DNA of 63,484 nt, filler included, from Octopus bimaculoides (Eukaryota): assembly GCF_001194135.2 (NCBI RefSeq). It is 7 parts of 7 records of this genome, joined end to end, with 100 filler letters (N's around TTAATTAATTAA, not from the genome) between each part and the next. Parts side by side here need not be neighbours in the genome. Positions count along the whole stretch, not along the records: positions 41,701 to 63,484 come from NC_068994.1; 6 more parts are not named here. One strand, written 5' to 3'. Numbering within the stretch: position 1 is the stretch's first letter; each line of letters starts with the position of its first letter. Positions 50,436 to 63,484 of the stretch are shown here, in pieces. Both the position numbers and the translations under genes were made by a program. The notes beneath the pieces were generated by a model. It was not told the origin of the DNA and ran no database searches. It was given only the letters and a program-made list of their open reading frames with translations.

Positions 50436-51384
50436 CCTTACCTGCTTCACATTTATTGCTTGATGAATTTTGGCTTCAGAGTAATGTCACTTGAATGTCT
50501 TCGCAAGAATTAAATAATTACAACTAATGACTTTCCTTTCACTTCACTACCGGCGAAATATTAATTAACTGATTTACTAAAAGTTTTTGGTGATCTCATT
50601 ACAAGATGTACATTAGTTTCTATTTAGCTATATGTTCTTCATGCACGCAGACGCTCCGAAGAAATCTCTCCAAGTTATATTTTTATCACCTGCCAAATCA
50701 CCTAATGTTTTTACTCAAAATTCTTGAGATCTCAAAATTACGTCGAGGAGGTTTTATCCATAATCGTGTCCATCCATTACCTTAGATCAGTCTCAAAACC
50801 CATTGAAAGCCTTCTTTTAAATTTTAATTTATCTTGATTTTCCTTCTTTTCATTCCTTAAAAGGAATCAAACATTTAAGTTAAATTACTTTTGTTTTCAT
50901 TACGGATATAATTTTAATTAAACAGAAAAAAAAATGTATTGGCCGTCATTAACATTAGTTACGTAAGAGCAGACTTAACTTCGTGTAATTAACACATTTG
51001 CTTTGCAGCCTCGTAAGTTCGGTTTCGATCCAACTAAGCGGGTCACTGAGCAAATGCAATCTATCTAAAACTCGATTTGAACAATATCTTGAGAATGGAA
51101 TTTAGAATATGGAAAAAAAACTGTGCAGAAGCCCGTAGTATGTTTATGTGCTTGCAAATGTGCAAGTATGTATATGTGTATGCATGCCACATATGGCTAC
51201 GCGGGGAAGCCAAAACACACACATACACACTTTGCACACACACATATTAAGTGCATACATATATATATATACATACGTATATATGTATATTATTAATATT
51301 ATCATAAGCGACAATTTTTAAATACAAACAAATGGCTGAAAAATGATGAGCTAATCCAAGAAGTGTTTTGCTGAAGAGCACAAT

Positions 51385-51500
51385 TTACCACCTGGTCCAG
51401 GGATTTAACTCACCACCTGGTCCAGGGATTTAACTCACCACCTGGTCCACGATCTCGCGTTCGCGAGTACAACACCCTAACCACTAGGCCATGTCCCTTC
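51385..51500 (-). mobile_element. SINE head remnant with 25-nt internal tandem duplication
   Basis: (caccacctggtccagggatttaact) x ~2.5 followed by ccctaaccactaggccat. Confidence 0.55.
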
Positions 51501-51624
51501 GCGCATGCAAGTACTTCTTGTGTATACTTCTTGTGGAAGTCGACTTGATCCATTGTGAATATATTTCATCTTAGCAAGACACATCAAGAACGAGTCTTCA
51601 TTTAAACGAGCTTTCACAACATGA

Positions 51625-51691
<67 letters not shown>

Positions 51692-53149
51692 TGAGAGAGT
51701 GAGATAAGAAAAGGTGAAGCAATATCTCAAAATGTTTCTTTCTTATCAAACTGACATTTTTCATTTCATTTGAAAAAAAGACAAAGAGTTAAGGTTTCTC
51801 AATATAAAGCAAGCTTGGTTATTGCCAATATATGTTCCTCATTATATACATCGAAACATCAACAAGTTCTCAAANNNNNNNNNNNNNNNNNNNNNNNNNN
51901 NNNNNNNNNNNNNNNNNNNNNNNNNNNNNNNNNNNNNNNNNNNNNNNNNNNNNNNNNNNNNNNNNNNNNNNNNNNNNNNNNNNNNNNNNNNNNNNNNNNN
52001 NNNNNNNNNNNNNNNNNNNNNNNNNNNNNNNNNNNNNNNNNNNNNNNNNNNNNNNNNNNNNNNNNNNNNNNNNNNNNNNNNNNNNNNNNNNNNNNNNNNN
52101 NNNNNNNNNNNNNNNNNNNNNNNNNNNNNNNNNNNNNNNNNNNNNNNNNNNNNNNNNNNNNNNNNNNNNNNNNNNNNNNNNNNNNNNNNNNNNNNNNNNN
52201 NNNNNNNNNNNNNNNNNNNNNNNNNNNNNNNNNNNNNNNNNNNNNNNNNNNNNNNNACACACACAACCCACACAAACACCCACAGATACACACAAACTCA
52301 TGCATGCATATTTGTTTATGTGTGTGTGAATATATATGTATGTGTGTGTGTGTGTGTATAAGTATGTACACACACATACATGCACACACAGACACAGACA
52401 CACACGCATATATATATAGATACATAGATACATACATATAAATGTACATATATATGTGTATGTGTGTTTAGATATATATGTATGTATGTGTATATATATA
52501 TGTGTGTGAGAGAGAGTGTGTGTGTGAGAGTGTGTGTGTATGTATATATCTATATATATAAATACATACACACACATATACATGTATGTATGTATGTATG
52601 TATGTATGTATGTATGTATGATTGTATATGAGCAAAAACAAAATTGCTTTTTGAATTACTTTTAAATTATGCGAAAGAAATACTAGAAAAAAGATAAATA
52701 AAAAAAGGAAGAAAGACTTACATATACACATAAATATCAAAAACCATCCAGTACGACTTAACAATTGAAAAGATTCTAAAATTTACATATCAAAAAGAAA
52801 AACCTGCCCTATTTAGAAGTTTATTCTCCCTTGCAGCTGCCTTTAAGACATCAAAATACAACAATTTTATATATCAAATGTAAATGTCATTAACCGATTT
52901 TTATTTAACAAATCATCTGTATGTTTAATGCGCAATACGGCTCTATTAAATATATCACAGAGTGGGAGAGATATGGCTTAAATGATAAATGATATCTGTT
53001 ACTCAAAACTCCGTGGAAATTATAGTTAGATATATACATATTGTAAGTTGAGATGCAGAATTGATTCTTTTAAGATAGGAATGTGTTGGTTTTTACAGTA
53101 GATATGTTGAAGCTCATGTTAATGCAGAAATTTAGAAAAAAAGAAAGTT

Positions 53150-53510
53150 AATGAGAAAACTAGAGTAGGGTATGTTTGTTGCGCATACGGAGGTTGTTGA
53201 ACTTTTCACTAAGCTGCGGGATAATCTGCTACTGATGGAATTTTCCACTAATTGAGCAGATACTTATCAAAATGAGGGCATCTTGTGAAGAAATCTGCTT
53301 CGATGTTTAAACAGTTTGTAGAGAAGTTTTTTTTTTTTTTCAACTTATGAAGATATATCTTTTTGGTGTTTTTCTCTCTTTTTAATTAGGCACTACATGT
53401 CCCCATTAGCATATAATCTGCTGTCCTTTAGAACTTTCTATTTGATACTGTATCAACGACTGAACGTAGAACGTAAAGACTAGGAATAAATATTGCAAAG
53501 CATGTTTTCC
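53150..53510 (-). mobile_element. Very degenerate Penelope RT thumb fragment
   Basis: Reverse complement IPSLYVL..TVSNRKF*RTADY and ..QLVENSI..NIPY echo the LPFLDVL..TSVYRKPT..Y..LPY motifs. Confidence 0.35.
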
Positions 53511-53806
53511 AACCTACAAGCAATGCTGCCGCCAGCTCATGGCATTTGAGGTTTTATAGAATAAAATTCTATTATATTATATTATATTATATTATATTAT
53601 ACTATACTATATTATATTTTGTTGCACATATATTGAATTATATTATACATAAAACGCTAAGTACGCAAGCAATTCTTCTTGTTTCGAACCAACAAAGCCA
53701 CCATCTTCGATAATGTCCCTCCTATAACCCTCAAATTATGTGCCCTATTCTAGCTAGCCCCTTTTCTTTAACAGCTCTTTAATCTTTTAATCTCTCTCTC
53801 TCCCTC

Positions 53807-53839
<33 letters not shown>

Positions 53840-55167
53840 GTATCTTTCTCTATCTATCTCCTTACCTCTTTTTCTTTTTCTTTTTCTTTCTTTCTTTCTT
53901 TCTCTCTCGCTTTGTAGATCTTAAGAAGCATTTTACAGTGTTTTTCTATCACATGAAATGCAACATCTCTGAGCCCTACCAATATCGATCTGACGCTTTT
54001 TCTAGCAACATCTCAAATTTAATGGCGGCAGACGTTGACAATCATCCAATCTGTGAATTACAATAGACTGTCGTAAAAAGTATTAAAGTAGATGAAAACG
54101 GCAAAGAATCTGATGAGATGCTTCTAAATTATTCATGCAAATAAACTGCCTGATTAAATCAGCAAATTTGTCTTTATTTTTCACAATGGATCGATAAAAT
54201 TCATAAAATAAAAATATAATAAATAAATTAATAATATAAAAATTTGAAAACAAATGCTTATATTCATATATCACCTTATTTAAAACTTTGCCTACCATGG
54301 CAGTCACCAGTGGTTCTACATGTTATATTCTTAATATGGCGCAAAGTGGACTCAGAAGGCAAAATGTTAAAACCACNNNNNNNNNNNNNNNNNNNNNNNN
54401 NNNNNNNNNNNNNNNNNNNNNNNNNNNNNNNNNNNNNNNNNNNNNNNNNNNNNNNNNNNNNNNNTATATATATATATATATATATATATCGTGCACAAAA
54501 CACGACGATGGAGCACATTGGTTCTTTCTCTGTTTCTCTCTCTTTCTTTTTTCTCTTATTCTTCCCCACCCTCTCTCTCTATTTTCTCTCTCACTTTCTC
54601 TAACCTACCCCCCTCTCTCTCTCACTTTGCTTTTTAAAAGCCTGATCCAGACGAAGAGTGTGCCCCTAACCTTTATAGGTTTTCTGAGACCAGTGTGATC
54701 AACGATGTGAATGTTCCTTTTGTTGAGCGGAAGCGTAATTGTTGCAAGATTAAGCATGAACAAGAAGGGAATTCCAGAGAGGTGGCGTTCGGAGAATGAG
54801 GAACAAGAAATAGTCTTTAGTTTGAGACGTCGACCAAACTTGGGGCTATCGACTAAACACAGGTTATGAGCGCAGGAGAGACGAGAGAATTTGGTGGGCA
54901 AGATTAGAGGTGACAACGATATAATACAGCCGCTTCGAAGCCATTATCGTACTGATAGACGTAACAGAGAGAGAGGAGACAAGATGGCTGTAAGCGAGAG
55001 GATGGAGTGCATTCATGGGTAACTTCATGCCAGTCAGTTGTGTATCCTTTCTTGGAATGCGATCTAAGATACTTGTATGTGAATTAGAAACCCTCCAAGT
55101 TTTAGGAGCAACATTCCAGTATTGGTCGTTTGAGATTTGTGCAGAGTTAATATGTGTTGTAGCTAAT

Positions 55168-55590
55168 GCGGCGAGCTGGCAGAAACGTTAGCACGCTGGG
55201 CGAAATGCTTAGCGGTATTTTGTCTGTCTTTACGTTCTGAGTTCAAATTCCGCCGAGGTCGACTTCGCCTTTCATCCTTCGGGGTCGATAAATTAAGTAC
55301 CAGTTACGCACTGGGGTCGATGTAATCGACTTAATCCCTTTGTCTATCCTTATTTGTCCCCTCTATGTTTAACCCTTTGTGGGCAATAAAGAAATAAGAA
55401 ACGTTAGCACGCCGGGCGAAATGTTTAGCAGTATTTCGTCTGTCTTTACGTTGAGTTCAAATTCCGCCGAGGTTGACTTTGCCTTTCATCCTTTCGGATG
55501 GGGTTGGATGCGTACTGGGATCAATCTGATTAACTGGCTCCCTCCCCTAAACATTTCGGACCTTGTACATAGAGTAGAAGAGAATATGTG
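55168..55590 (+). mobile_element. Two head-to-tail SINE family A copies with different tails
   Basis: 55168-55398 ends tgtgggcaataaagaaataa; second copy from ~55399 ends cccctaaacatttcggaccttgtacatagagtagaagagaata. Confidence 0.85.
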
Positions 55591-56371
55591 TTGTAGCTAT
55601 AATTTAACAAGCTGGTACTTGCAGCTATCACGACTGTTTACAGAGAAAGACAAAAACTTATTGTCGTATTTGTTAAATATCCTGGTTTATAGATATAATA
55701 TGGTGCTGGAAACTGGATACAGATTATTAATCCGTTAACCGATATCGATCTGATTATCTGCAACTCAAATATGGCACACGTCAAAACGGAGAAAATAGAT
55801 ATCTAATGTATGCGCGAGTGTATACATGTATATGTGCACGTGTGTGTATATATGTATGTGTGTGTCTGTACGTGTGTGTATGGGTGTGTATGGAGTGGGG
55901 CTGAGTCGAGAACGAGTGTGTGTATGTTTTGACGGAACTGTAAAGAGTGTTGGACCGGATGCCTTGCGATGTTTCTTCCGTGTCTTTGTGTTTGGAGTTC
56001 AAATCTTGCCAGCCATGGCCCGTTTAAGTCTTAGACTAAATCCGTTCCTCGCTTCAACATCACTACCACGGACCTGGGAAGCCTTTACTGGAGTCCAGTT
56101 TGTTACAAGCATTTGGGCAAGGTCTCCGACTTGAGGAAAGTTGCAGATTCTGCCACAAATATAATGTAAGGAAGCAGTGTAATTATTTTCTAGTTTCTAT
56201 TGCTGATATAAATTTGCTAAAAATGGTTTATCCTTTATATTGGGAATCTATATGGCTATCTACCACTGAGGAGAGCAGTTTCTTTCAAATCGATGTAATA
56301 TTTTCATTGATCGATTAAATGGAGCCGCCGCTTGAAACAGCCGTAATGCATTGATACATGGACAGTCTTGT

Positions 56372-56412
<41 letters not shown>

Positions 56413-56444
56413 GTGTGTGTGTATAGGTATGTATGTATGTATAT

Positions 56445-56478
<34 letters not shown>

Positions 56479-57117
56479 ATANNNNNNNNNNNNNNNNNNN
56501 NNNNNNNNNNNNNNNNNNNNNNNNNNNNNNNNNNNNNNNNNNNNNNNNNNNNNNNNNNNNNNNNNNNNNNNNNNNNNNNNNNNNNNNNNNNNNNNNNNNN
56601 NNNNNNNNNNNNNNNNNNNNNNNNNNNNNNNNNNNNNNNNNNNNNNNNNNNNNNNNNNNNNNNNNNNNNNNNNNNNNNNNNNNNNNNNNNNNNNNNNNNN
56701 NNNNNNNNNNNNNNNNNNNNNNNNNNNNNNNNNNNNNNNNNNNNNNNNNNNNNNNNNNNNNNNNNNNNNNNNNNNNNNNNNNNNNNNNNNNNNNNNNNNN
56801 NNNNNNNNNNNNNNNNNNNNNNNNNNNNNNNNNNNNNNNNNNNNNNNNNNNNNNNNNNNNNNNNNNNNNNNNNNNNNNNNNNNNNNNNNNNNNNNNNNNN
56901 NNNNNNNNNNNNNNNNNNNNNNNNNNNNNNNNNNNNNNNNNNNNNNNNNNNNNNNNNNNNNNNNNNNNNNNNNNNNNNNNNNNNNNNNNNNNNNNNNNNN
57001 NNNNNNNNNNNNNNNNNNNNNNNNNNNNNNNNNNNNNNNNNNNNNNNNNNNNNNNNNNNNNNNNNNNNNNNNNNNNNNNNNNNNNNNNNNNNNNNNNNNN
57101 NNNNNNNNNNNNNNNNN

Positions 57118-57182
<65 letters not shown>

Positions 57183-57264
57183 GAATTGGATGCACGCATA
57201 GCCATAGACAGACAAGGTAGGCAGGCAGACAGGCAAACAGGTTGGTAGCTAGGTAGGTAGGTGT

Positions 57265-57460
57265 GCGTATCTTTGCATTTATCCCCACACTGCTTGACAA
57301 CCGGTACTGGTTTGTTTACGTCTCAGTCAATTAACTGTTCGGCAGAGTCCGATAGAATAAGTGTTAAGCTCCAAAAAAAGTAATTAATAAATAAGTGGAG
57401 TCGGTTTTCTCGGTTAAAACCATTCAAAACGAAACTCCAGCCTGGCTGCAATAAGAAAAA
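57265..57460 (+). mobile_element. SINE family B 3' half, degenerate
   Basis: gcttgacaaccggtactggtttgtttacgtctc..gttcggcagagtccgatagaataagt. Confidence 0.65.
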
Positions 57461-57464
57461 CAAC

Positions 57465-57467
57465 ACC

Positions 57468-57501
<34 letters not shown>

Positions 57502-57577
57502 GCAGCAGCAGCAGCAGCAGCAACAACAACAAGAAAACATGCAAGACCCATGAGCAGAAGGAAAGATCAAAGCGATA

Positions 57578-57629
<52 letters not shown>

Positions 57630-57981
57630 CATGAGCTCTTTGAATTTGAGACAAACAACATAAACAGCAGCAGCACCACCATCATCATCAGCATCATCAT
57701 CGTCATCATCATCGTCATGGTCATCATGATCCCCACCGTCAATACCGCCACCACTACTTCCGCTAATGTTTTCGTCGCCGTCATCGTCACCTTCCTCCTA
57801 CAGCCCTTCATCAACATCATCATCAGCAGCAGCAGCAACAGCAGAAGCAGCAACAGCAGAAGCAGCAACAGCAGCAACATTAAGAAGAGCTGCATTGGCG
57901 CAACGCCATTATCGGCAGCAGAATCGTCCTCGCTGTCGTCGTCTTCATCACCATCATCATCATCACCACCATCATTATCAC

Positions 57982-58016
<35 letters not shown>

Positions 58017-58195
58017 CCACCACCGTTGCCAATGCCATCGCCAGCCCCCAGTAACATCATCAACAACAACAGCAGCAATTTCAGAAAGGAAATAAAATCA
58101 ACCAAGACATTAAATCCAAAATATCATTGAAGAAGTTATTGCTACTGCTGCTGCTGCTGCTCGTGGTGGTGGTGGTGGCGGCGACGGTGGTGGTN
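57465..58195. repeat. Compound trinucleotide and dinucleotide arrays (CAA/CAG/CAT, GA)
   Basis: Directly visible. Confidence 0.9.
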
Positions 58196-59031
58196 NNNNN
58201 NNNNNNNNNNNNNNNNNNNNNNNNNNNNNNNNNNNNNNNNNNNNNNNNNNNNNNNNNNNNNNNNNNNNNNNNNNNNNNNNNNNNNNNNNNNNNNNNNNNN
58301 NNNNNNNNNNNNNNNNNNNNNNNNNNNNNNNNNNNNNNNNNNNNNNNNNNGGTAGTCGTCGTCGTGGTGATGGTGTGGGTGGCAGTAGTGGTACCGGTGC
58401 TGATATCGGTGCTGGTTGCTGGTAATAGTGTTTAGCCCCAGGTCAGTCCTGACGCAAAAAAAAAAAAGACTCGTTGCGAAAGGCGTACCACCCTTTATCA
58501 TCCGTCTCTTTTCTTTTCTTTCCTTTCCTTTTTGTCTCATCTAGCACTATGTTATCTCAGACTTCATTACTCAACATAGTCCTACTTATTCCCACGAATA
58601 CACTAAGACACGATTTGAGAGAAAAACTTAACGTTTTTTTTAGCTGTTATTTCTAACATGTCGATCGAGACGCACGTAGTGATAATCCGATTAGTTCGTC
58701 AGTTTTGCCGCACTGTGAAAATCTACGTACTTTTTCGCCGCGAGGAGAATTCATAACAAAAGAACTGGCTCCAAAAGAACTGTGAAACTAACTTGACTTC
58801 ATTAAATCTTCATATCACAACAACATCGCTCGATCTGCGGTGTTAATAAATTAAAACACTTCAGCGATAGTCTTAAGACAAGAATTACGAAAGAGAGACA
58901 GTAAGGTGCCGATGAATAGAGGTGGGGGAAAAGTGGGACAAAAAGAGAAACAAATGTGATACGGGTGGTACAGGAAGAGGTGAATTGTCCGACTGAGGTT
59001 GTTCTTAGTATGTTATTATATAGATATATGT

Positions 59032-59258
59032 GTGGAGGCCCAATGGCCCAGTGGTTAAGGCAGCGGACTCGCGGTCATAGGATCGCAGTTTCGATTCCCA
59101 GACCGGGCGTTGTGAGTGTTTATTGAGCGAAAACACCTAAAAAGCTCCACGAGGCTCCGGCAGGGGATGGTGGCGAACCCTGCTGTACTCTTTCACCAGA
59201 GAACTTTCTCTCACTCTTACTTCCTGTTTCTGGTGTGCCTGTAATTCAAAGGGTCAGC
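59032..59258 (+). mobile_element. SINE family C 5' part, runs into gap
   Basis: Near-identical to the reverse complement of 12215-12438. Confidence 0.88.
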
Positions 59259-60064
59259 NNNNNNNNNNNNNNNNNNNNNNNNNNNNNNNNNNNNNNNNNN
59301 NNNNNNNNNNNNNNNNNNNNNNNNNNNNNNNNNNNNNNNNNNNNNNNNNNNNNNNNNNNNNNNNNNNNNNNNNNNNNNNNNNNNNNNNNNNNNNNNNNNN
59401 NNNNNNNNNNNNNNNNNNNNNNNNNNNNNNNNNNNNNNNNNNNNNNNNNNNNNNNNNNNNNNNNNNNNNNNNNNNNNNNNNNNNNNNNNNNNNNNNNNNN
59501 NNNNNNNNNNNNNNNNNNNNNNNNNNNNNNNNNNNNNNNNNNNNNNNNNNNNNNNNNNNNNNNNNNNNNNNNNNNNNNNNNNNNNNNNNNNNNNNNNNNN
59601 NNNNNNNNNNNNNNNNNNNNNNNNNNNNNNNNNNNNNNNNNNNNNNNNNNNNNNNNNNNNNNNNNNNNNNNNNNNNNNNNNNNNNNNNNNNNNNNNNNNN
59701 NNNNNNNNNNNNNNNNNNNNNNNNNNNNNNNNNNNNNNNNNNNNNNNNNNNNNNNNNNNNNNNNNNNNNNNNNNNNNNNNNNNNNNNNNNNNNNNNNNNN
59801 NNNNNNNNNNNNNNNNNNNNNNNNNNNNNNNNNNNNNNNNNNNNNNNNNNNNNNNNNNNNNNNNNNNNNNNNNNNNNNNNNNNNNNNNNNNNNNNNNNNN
59901 NNNNNNNNNNNNNNNNNNNNNNNNNNNNNNNNNNNNNNGTGTGTTTATGTTCGTATTGTTCAAGGCTCTTAGTCTGGTAAAGATAGATGGTAAAGAGAGA
60001 TTAAAATTGTAAACGAAGTTTTACAAACGCAATATTTCTAATCTAGTCTCACAACAACCAACAG

Positions 60065-60113
60065 CAAGCGAATCCTGACGATGGATTTAAAGAAATTCGA
60101 AACTAATCGCTTG
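60065..60113 (+). ncRNA. Degenerate hammerhead-like motif
   Basis: CAAGCGAatc|CTGACGA|T-GGATTT-aaag-AAATTC|GAAAC-taa-TCGCTTG; stem III defective. Confidence 0.45.
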
Positions 60114-60289
60114 ATCGAATGCATCTCACACCCCCAGATGTATGTATGTATGTATGTATGTATGTATGTATGTATGTGCTCACTCCAAAACACCGGGGCC
60201 AATAACATAAAGTACGATAGTGGGTGACATGGTGACACAGTCACATCGTTTGACTCCGTGACGTCTGTCTGTGAAAGCATCGCTACTAT

Positions 60290-61130
60290 CGTCATCTTCA
60301 TCATTCATTGTCGTCGTCGTCGTCCTTATCATCTGAAGAATTATTATCAATGTCATCATCATCATCATCATCACCACCACCATCCATAATACCACCACCA
60401 CCACAAACACATCAACCACTAACATCAACATTAATCCTCATCGTCATCATCATCATGGTCACATATCACCTCCACCATAACCACCACAACCACCACCACC
60501 ACCATCCACCACGACCACCACCATCCACCACCACCACTATCATATGTTAATTTGTACTCCGCAGAAAGCAATTACATCAAAATCACAGAGCACTTCTNNN
60601 NNNNNNNNNNNNNNNNNNNNNNNNNNNNNNNNNNNNNNNNNNNNNNNNNNNNNNNNNNNNNNNNNNNNNNNNNNNNNNNNNNNNNNNNNNNNNNNNNNNN
60701 NNNNNNNNNNNNNNNNNNNNNNNNNNNNNNNNNNNNNNNNNNNNNNNNNNNNNNNNNNNNNNNNNNNNNNNNNNNNNNNNNNNNNNNNNNNNNNNNNNNN
60801 NNNNNNNNNNNNNNNNNNNNNNNNNNNNNNNNNNNNNNNNNNNNNNNNNNNNNNNNNNNNNNNNNNNNNNNNNNNNNNNNNNNNNNNNNNNNNNNNNNNN
60901 NNNNNNNNNNNNNNNNNNNNNNNNNNNNNNNNNNNNNNNNNNNNNNNNNNNNNNNNNNNNNNNNNNNNNNNNNNNNNNNNNNNNNNNNNNNNNNNNNNNN
61001 NNNNNNNNNNNNNNNNACCACCACCACCACCACCACCACCAACACCACCACCAACACTACCACCACCACCGCCAACACCACCAACGCCACCACCACTACG
61101 ACCAGTACAACCATCAGCATCACCAACCAC
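60290..61130. repeat. CAT/CAC trinucleotide-rich tracts, gap-interrupted
   Basis: Directly visible. Confidence 0.9.
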
Positions 61131-61559
61131 CCGCTTCGTCTAATCCATTAATTCCACCTAAGACCACCTTCACCCGCTTTCTTCAATAAGTATTTCATAT
61201 CACGTTATCGCATTTTTCATTCTTTCGTTGGAACGATATCATTATCGTGTCTTTCGTTTACTGGCAGTTGTTTATCTCATGCGGTGCCATGACAATCTCA
61301 TACTCCCAATCCTGATAAATTCTACAAAATGCTTGATTCAGTAGCCTCTTATCTTGATTGCTGCTTTATTCCCTACACTTGCTTTCATTATTGCTAAATA
61401 TATCAGTGTTGACAATCTCCAAGAAAGTAGCAGAGAAGAGTGATTCTTATGCTCTGAAATTCATTTGATTTTCAGGCGTAAATAAAATATGCAGTGAAGC
61501 CATGTGATGTGTGAATGGTCTGCAAAAGAGTTTGCAACGGGGAGTAAATTAGTAAACTG

Positions 61560-62160
61560 TTGTACTGTGAGGAGGAGAAGAGACGTGTAACGTTTCGGAG
61601 CTTTCGCGTTCATCAGAAAATCATAACTCTTTCTTAATTTTAAATAGAATATAATGAAAGAGAAGGAAGTGAGGTAAACAAGGTTAATCAAGTGCTACAT
61701 TGTTATCAACGGTCAAAATGTGCTGAAACTTTTCTAAACGTTTTTGTACTTTCTGTTTTTTCTTATTGTCGTTTCTCTCAATCCGCACTTGAGCTACTAA
61801 GCCTTTTTCTATTTTCTGTCCTTGTTTATTTTTGTGTTTCTTTCTGTCGAAGAGCGTAGGCACGAAACGTGAAAGACTTTCTCACTTCCCGAGCGTTAAA
61901 TTAATACATCTGTTTGTTGTTAACACACTCGTCTTCGTCTTTTTTTTTGTAAATTCTCACTATATATATATATATATATATAATCAAAAGAGGACGTTGT
62001 ACATGCAAAGTATTAGCAGACGCTCAAGGAAGGAAAGACAGAAAGGTAGTTTTATATTTCGAGCAAAGATCTTCTTCGGAAACAGGAGACAGAGGAAAGT
62101 CAGAGAGAAAAGGAAGATGGAGGAAAAAAATTGCGAACGATCCACATGTAGTTACATTTT
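61560..62160. mobile_element. Cluster of three PLE terminal-repeat fragments (-,+,-), each with a degenerate HHR
   Basis: 61575-61616 (-) CTGATGA..GAAACGT; 61839-61876 (+) TCTTT|CTGTCGA|AGAGC-gtag-GCAC|GAAACGT|G|AAAGA; ~62050-62085 (-) CCGAAGA-AGATC-ttt-GCTC-GAAA. Confidence 0.65.
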
Positions 62161-62747
62161 GTATGTATGTATGTATGTATGTATGTATNNNNNNNNNNNN
62201 NNNNNNNNNNNNNNNNNNNNNNNNNNNNNNNNNNNNNNNNNNNNNNNNNNNNNNNNNNNNNNNNNNNNNNNNNNNNNNNNNNNNNNNNNNNNNNNNNNNN
62301 NNNNNNNNNNNNNNNNNNNNNNNNNNNNNNNNNNNNNNNNNNNNNNNNNNNNNNNNNNNNNNNNNNNNNNNNNNNNNNNNNNNNNNNNNNNNNNNNNNNN
62401 NNNNNNNNNNNNNNNNNNNNNNNNNNNNNNNNNNNNNNNNNNNNNNNNNNNNNNNNNNNNNNNNNNNNNNNNNNNNNNNNNNNNNNNNNNNNNNNNNNNN
62501 NNNNNNNNNNNNNNNNNNNNNNNNNNNNNNNNNNNNNNNNNNNNNNNNNNNNNNNNNNNNNNNNNNNNNNNNNNNNNNNNNNNNNNNNNNNNNNNNNNNN
62601 NNNNNNNNNNNNNNNNNNNNNNNNNNNNNNNNNNNNNNNNNNNNNNNNNNNNNNNNNNNNNNNNNNNNNNNNNNNNNNNNNNNNNNNNNNNNNNNNNNNN
62701 NNNNNNNNNNNNNNNNNNNNNNNNNNNNNNNNNNNNNNNNNNNNNNN

Positions 62748-62802
<55 letters not shown>

Positions 62803-63172
62803 CATATAGATCTAGATAGATAGATATTTATATACATACATAGGCATACAAATGTATACACACATGCTTACATACACATAAAGACAAACATCTTCATACA
62901 TATTAAATGCGCACGCACACAAACACTCACACACACACGCACACTCACACACATACACACACACAAAATATGCGGAAGCTTGTCAAAGTTTTGTGCCGTT
63001 TATTGCATGACAATGCCAATGATTGTTGTGTGAATCGATAAAGATTTTAAGCCGTGTTGGATTAAGTAACTTGACTGCTTCATAACTCACAAAATCGTTC
63101 GTTCCGATTCGCTAATCTTCTGGCAATAAAAGACACTTTTACTTGTCATACTGGAACAAAGTACCGAGGAAT

Positions 63173-63226
<54 letters not shown>

Positions 63227-63302
63227 GAGAATTTGTTGGCGTGTGTGTTTGTGCATGTGTGAGTGTGTGTCTGAGTGTGTCAGACAGACAGACAGATAGA
63301 TG

Positions 63303-63364
<62 letters not shown>

Positions 63365-63437
63365 GTCACAGAGAGATAGAGAGTGAGAGAGAGAGAGACT
63401 GACAGACAGACAGACAGACAGACAGAAAGAGAGTGAG

Positions 63438-63484
<47 letters not shown>

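Noticed and set aside
2212-62861. Long ORFs spanning N runs (e.g. 2212-3400, 19653-21019, 35131-36089, 44240-46166, 56304-57300)
   Set aside because: Length comes from X codons and flanking microsatellites.

Overview
Eukaryotic, AT-rich, microsatellite-dense genomic scaffold with many N gaps. The repeat repertoire (tRNA-headed SINEs, RTE/CR1/R4-Dong LINEs, Penelope-like elements (PLEs), mariner/Tc1/hAT relics) looks like an octopus or other cephalopod draft assembly; this is an inference. I found no convincing host protein-coding gene, tRNA/rRNA gene or CRISPR array, and almost all long ORFs in the track are artefacts of N runs or simple repeats. The most interesting signal is a dense set of type I hammerhead ribozyme (HHR) motifs in PLE terminal repeats from several families. 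Five have an intact or near-intact core (16735, 26261, 27339, 33011, 44252) and several more are degenerate. One family has a 10-bp stem II with a 39-43 nt insert and occurs twice as an inverted pair. Also notable are R4/Dong-type LINE fragments that all abut (TAA)n, SINE/LINE 3'-tail sharing, several inverted or direct duplications, and six synthetic 100-bp scaffold linkers (44N-TTAATTAATTAA-44N). The HHR-PLE association is established in general; only the specific variants and arrangements here may be undescribed. Family assignments come from motif recognition by eye, and most element boundaries are approximate (+/-20-50 nt).
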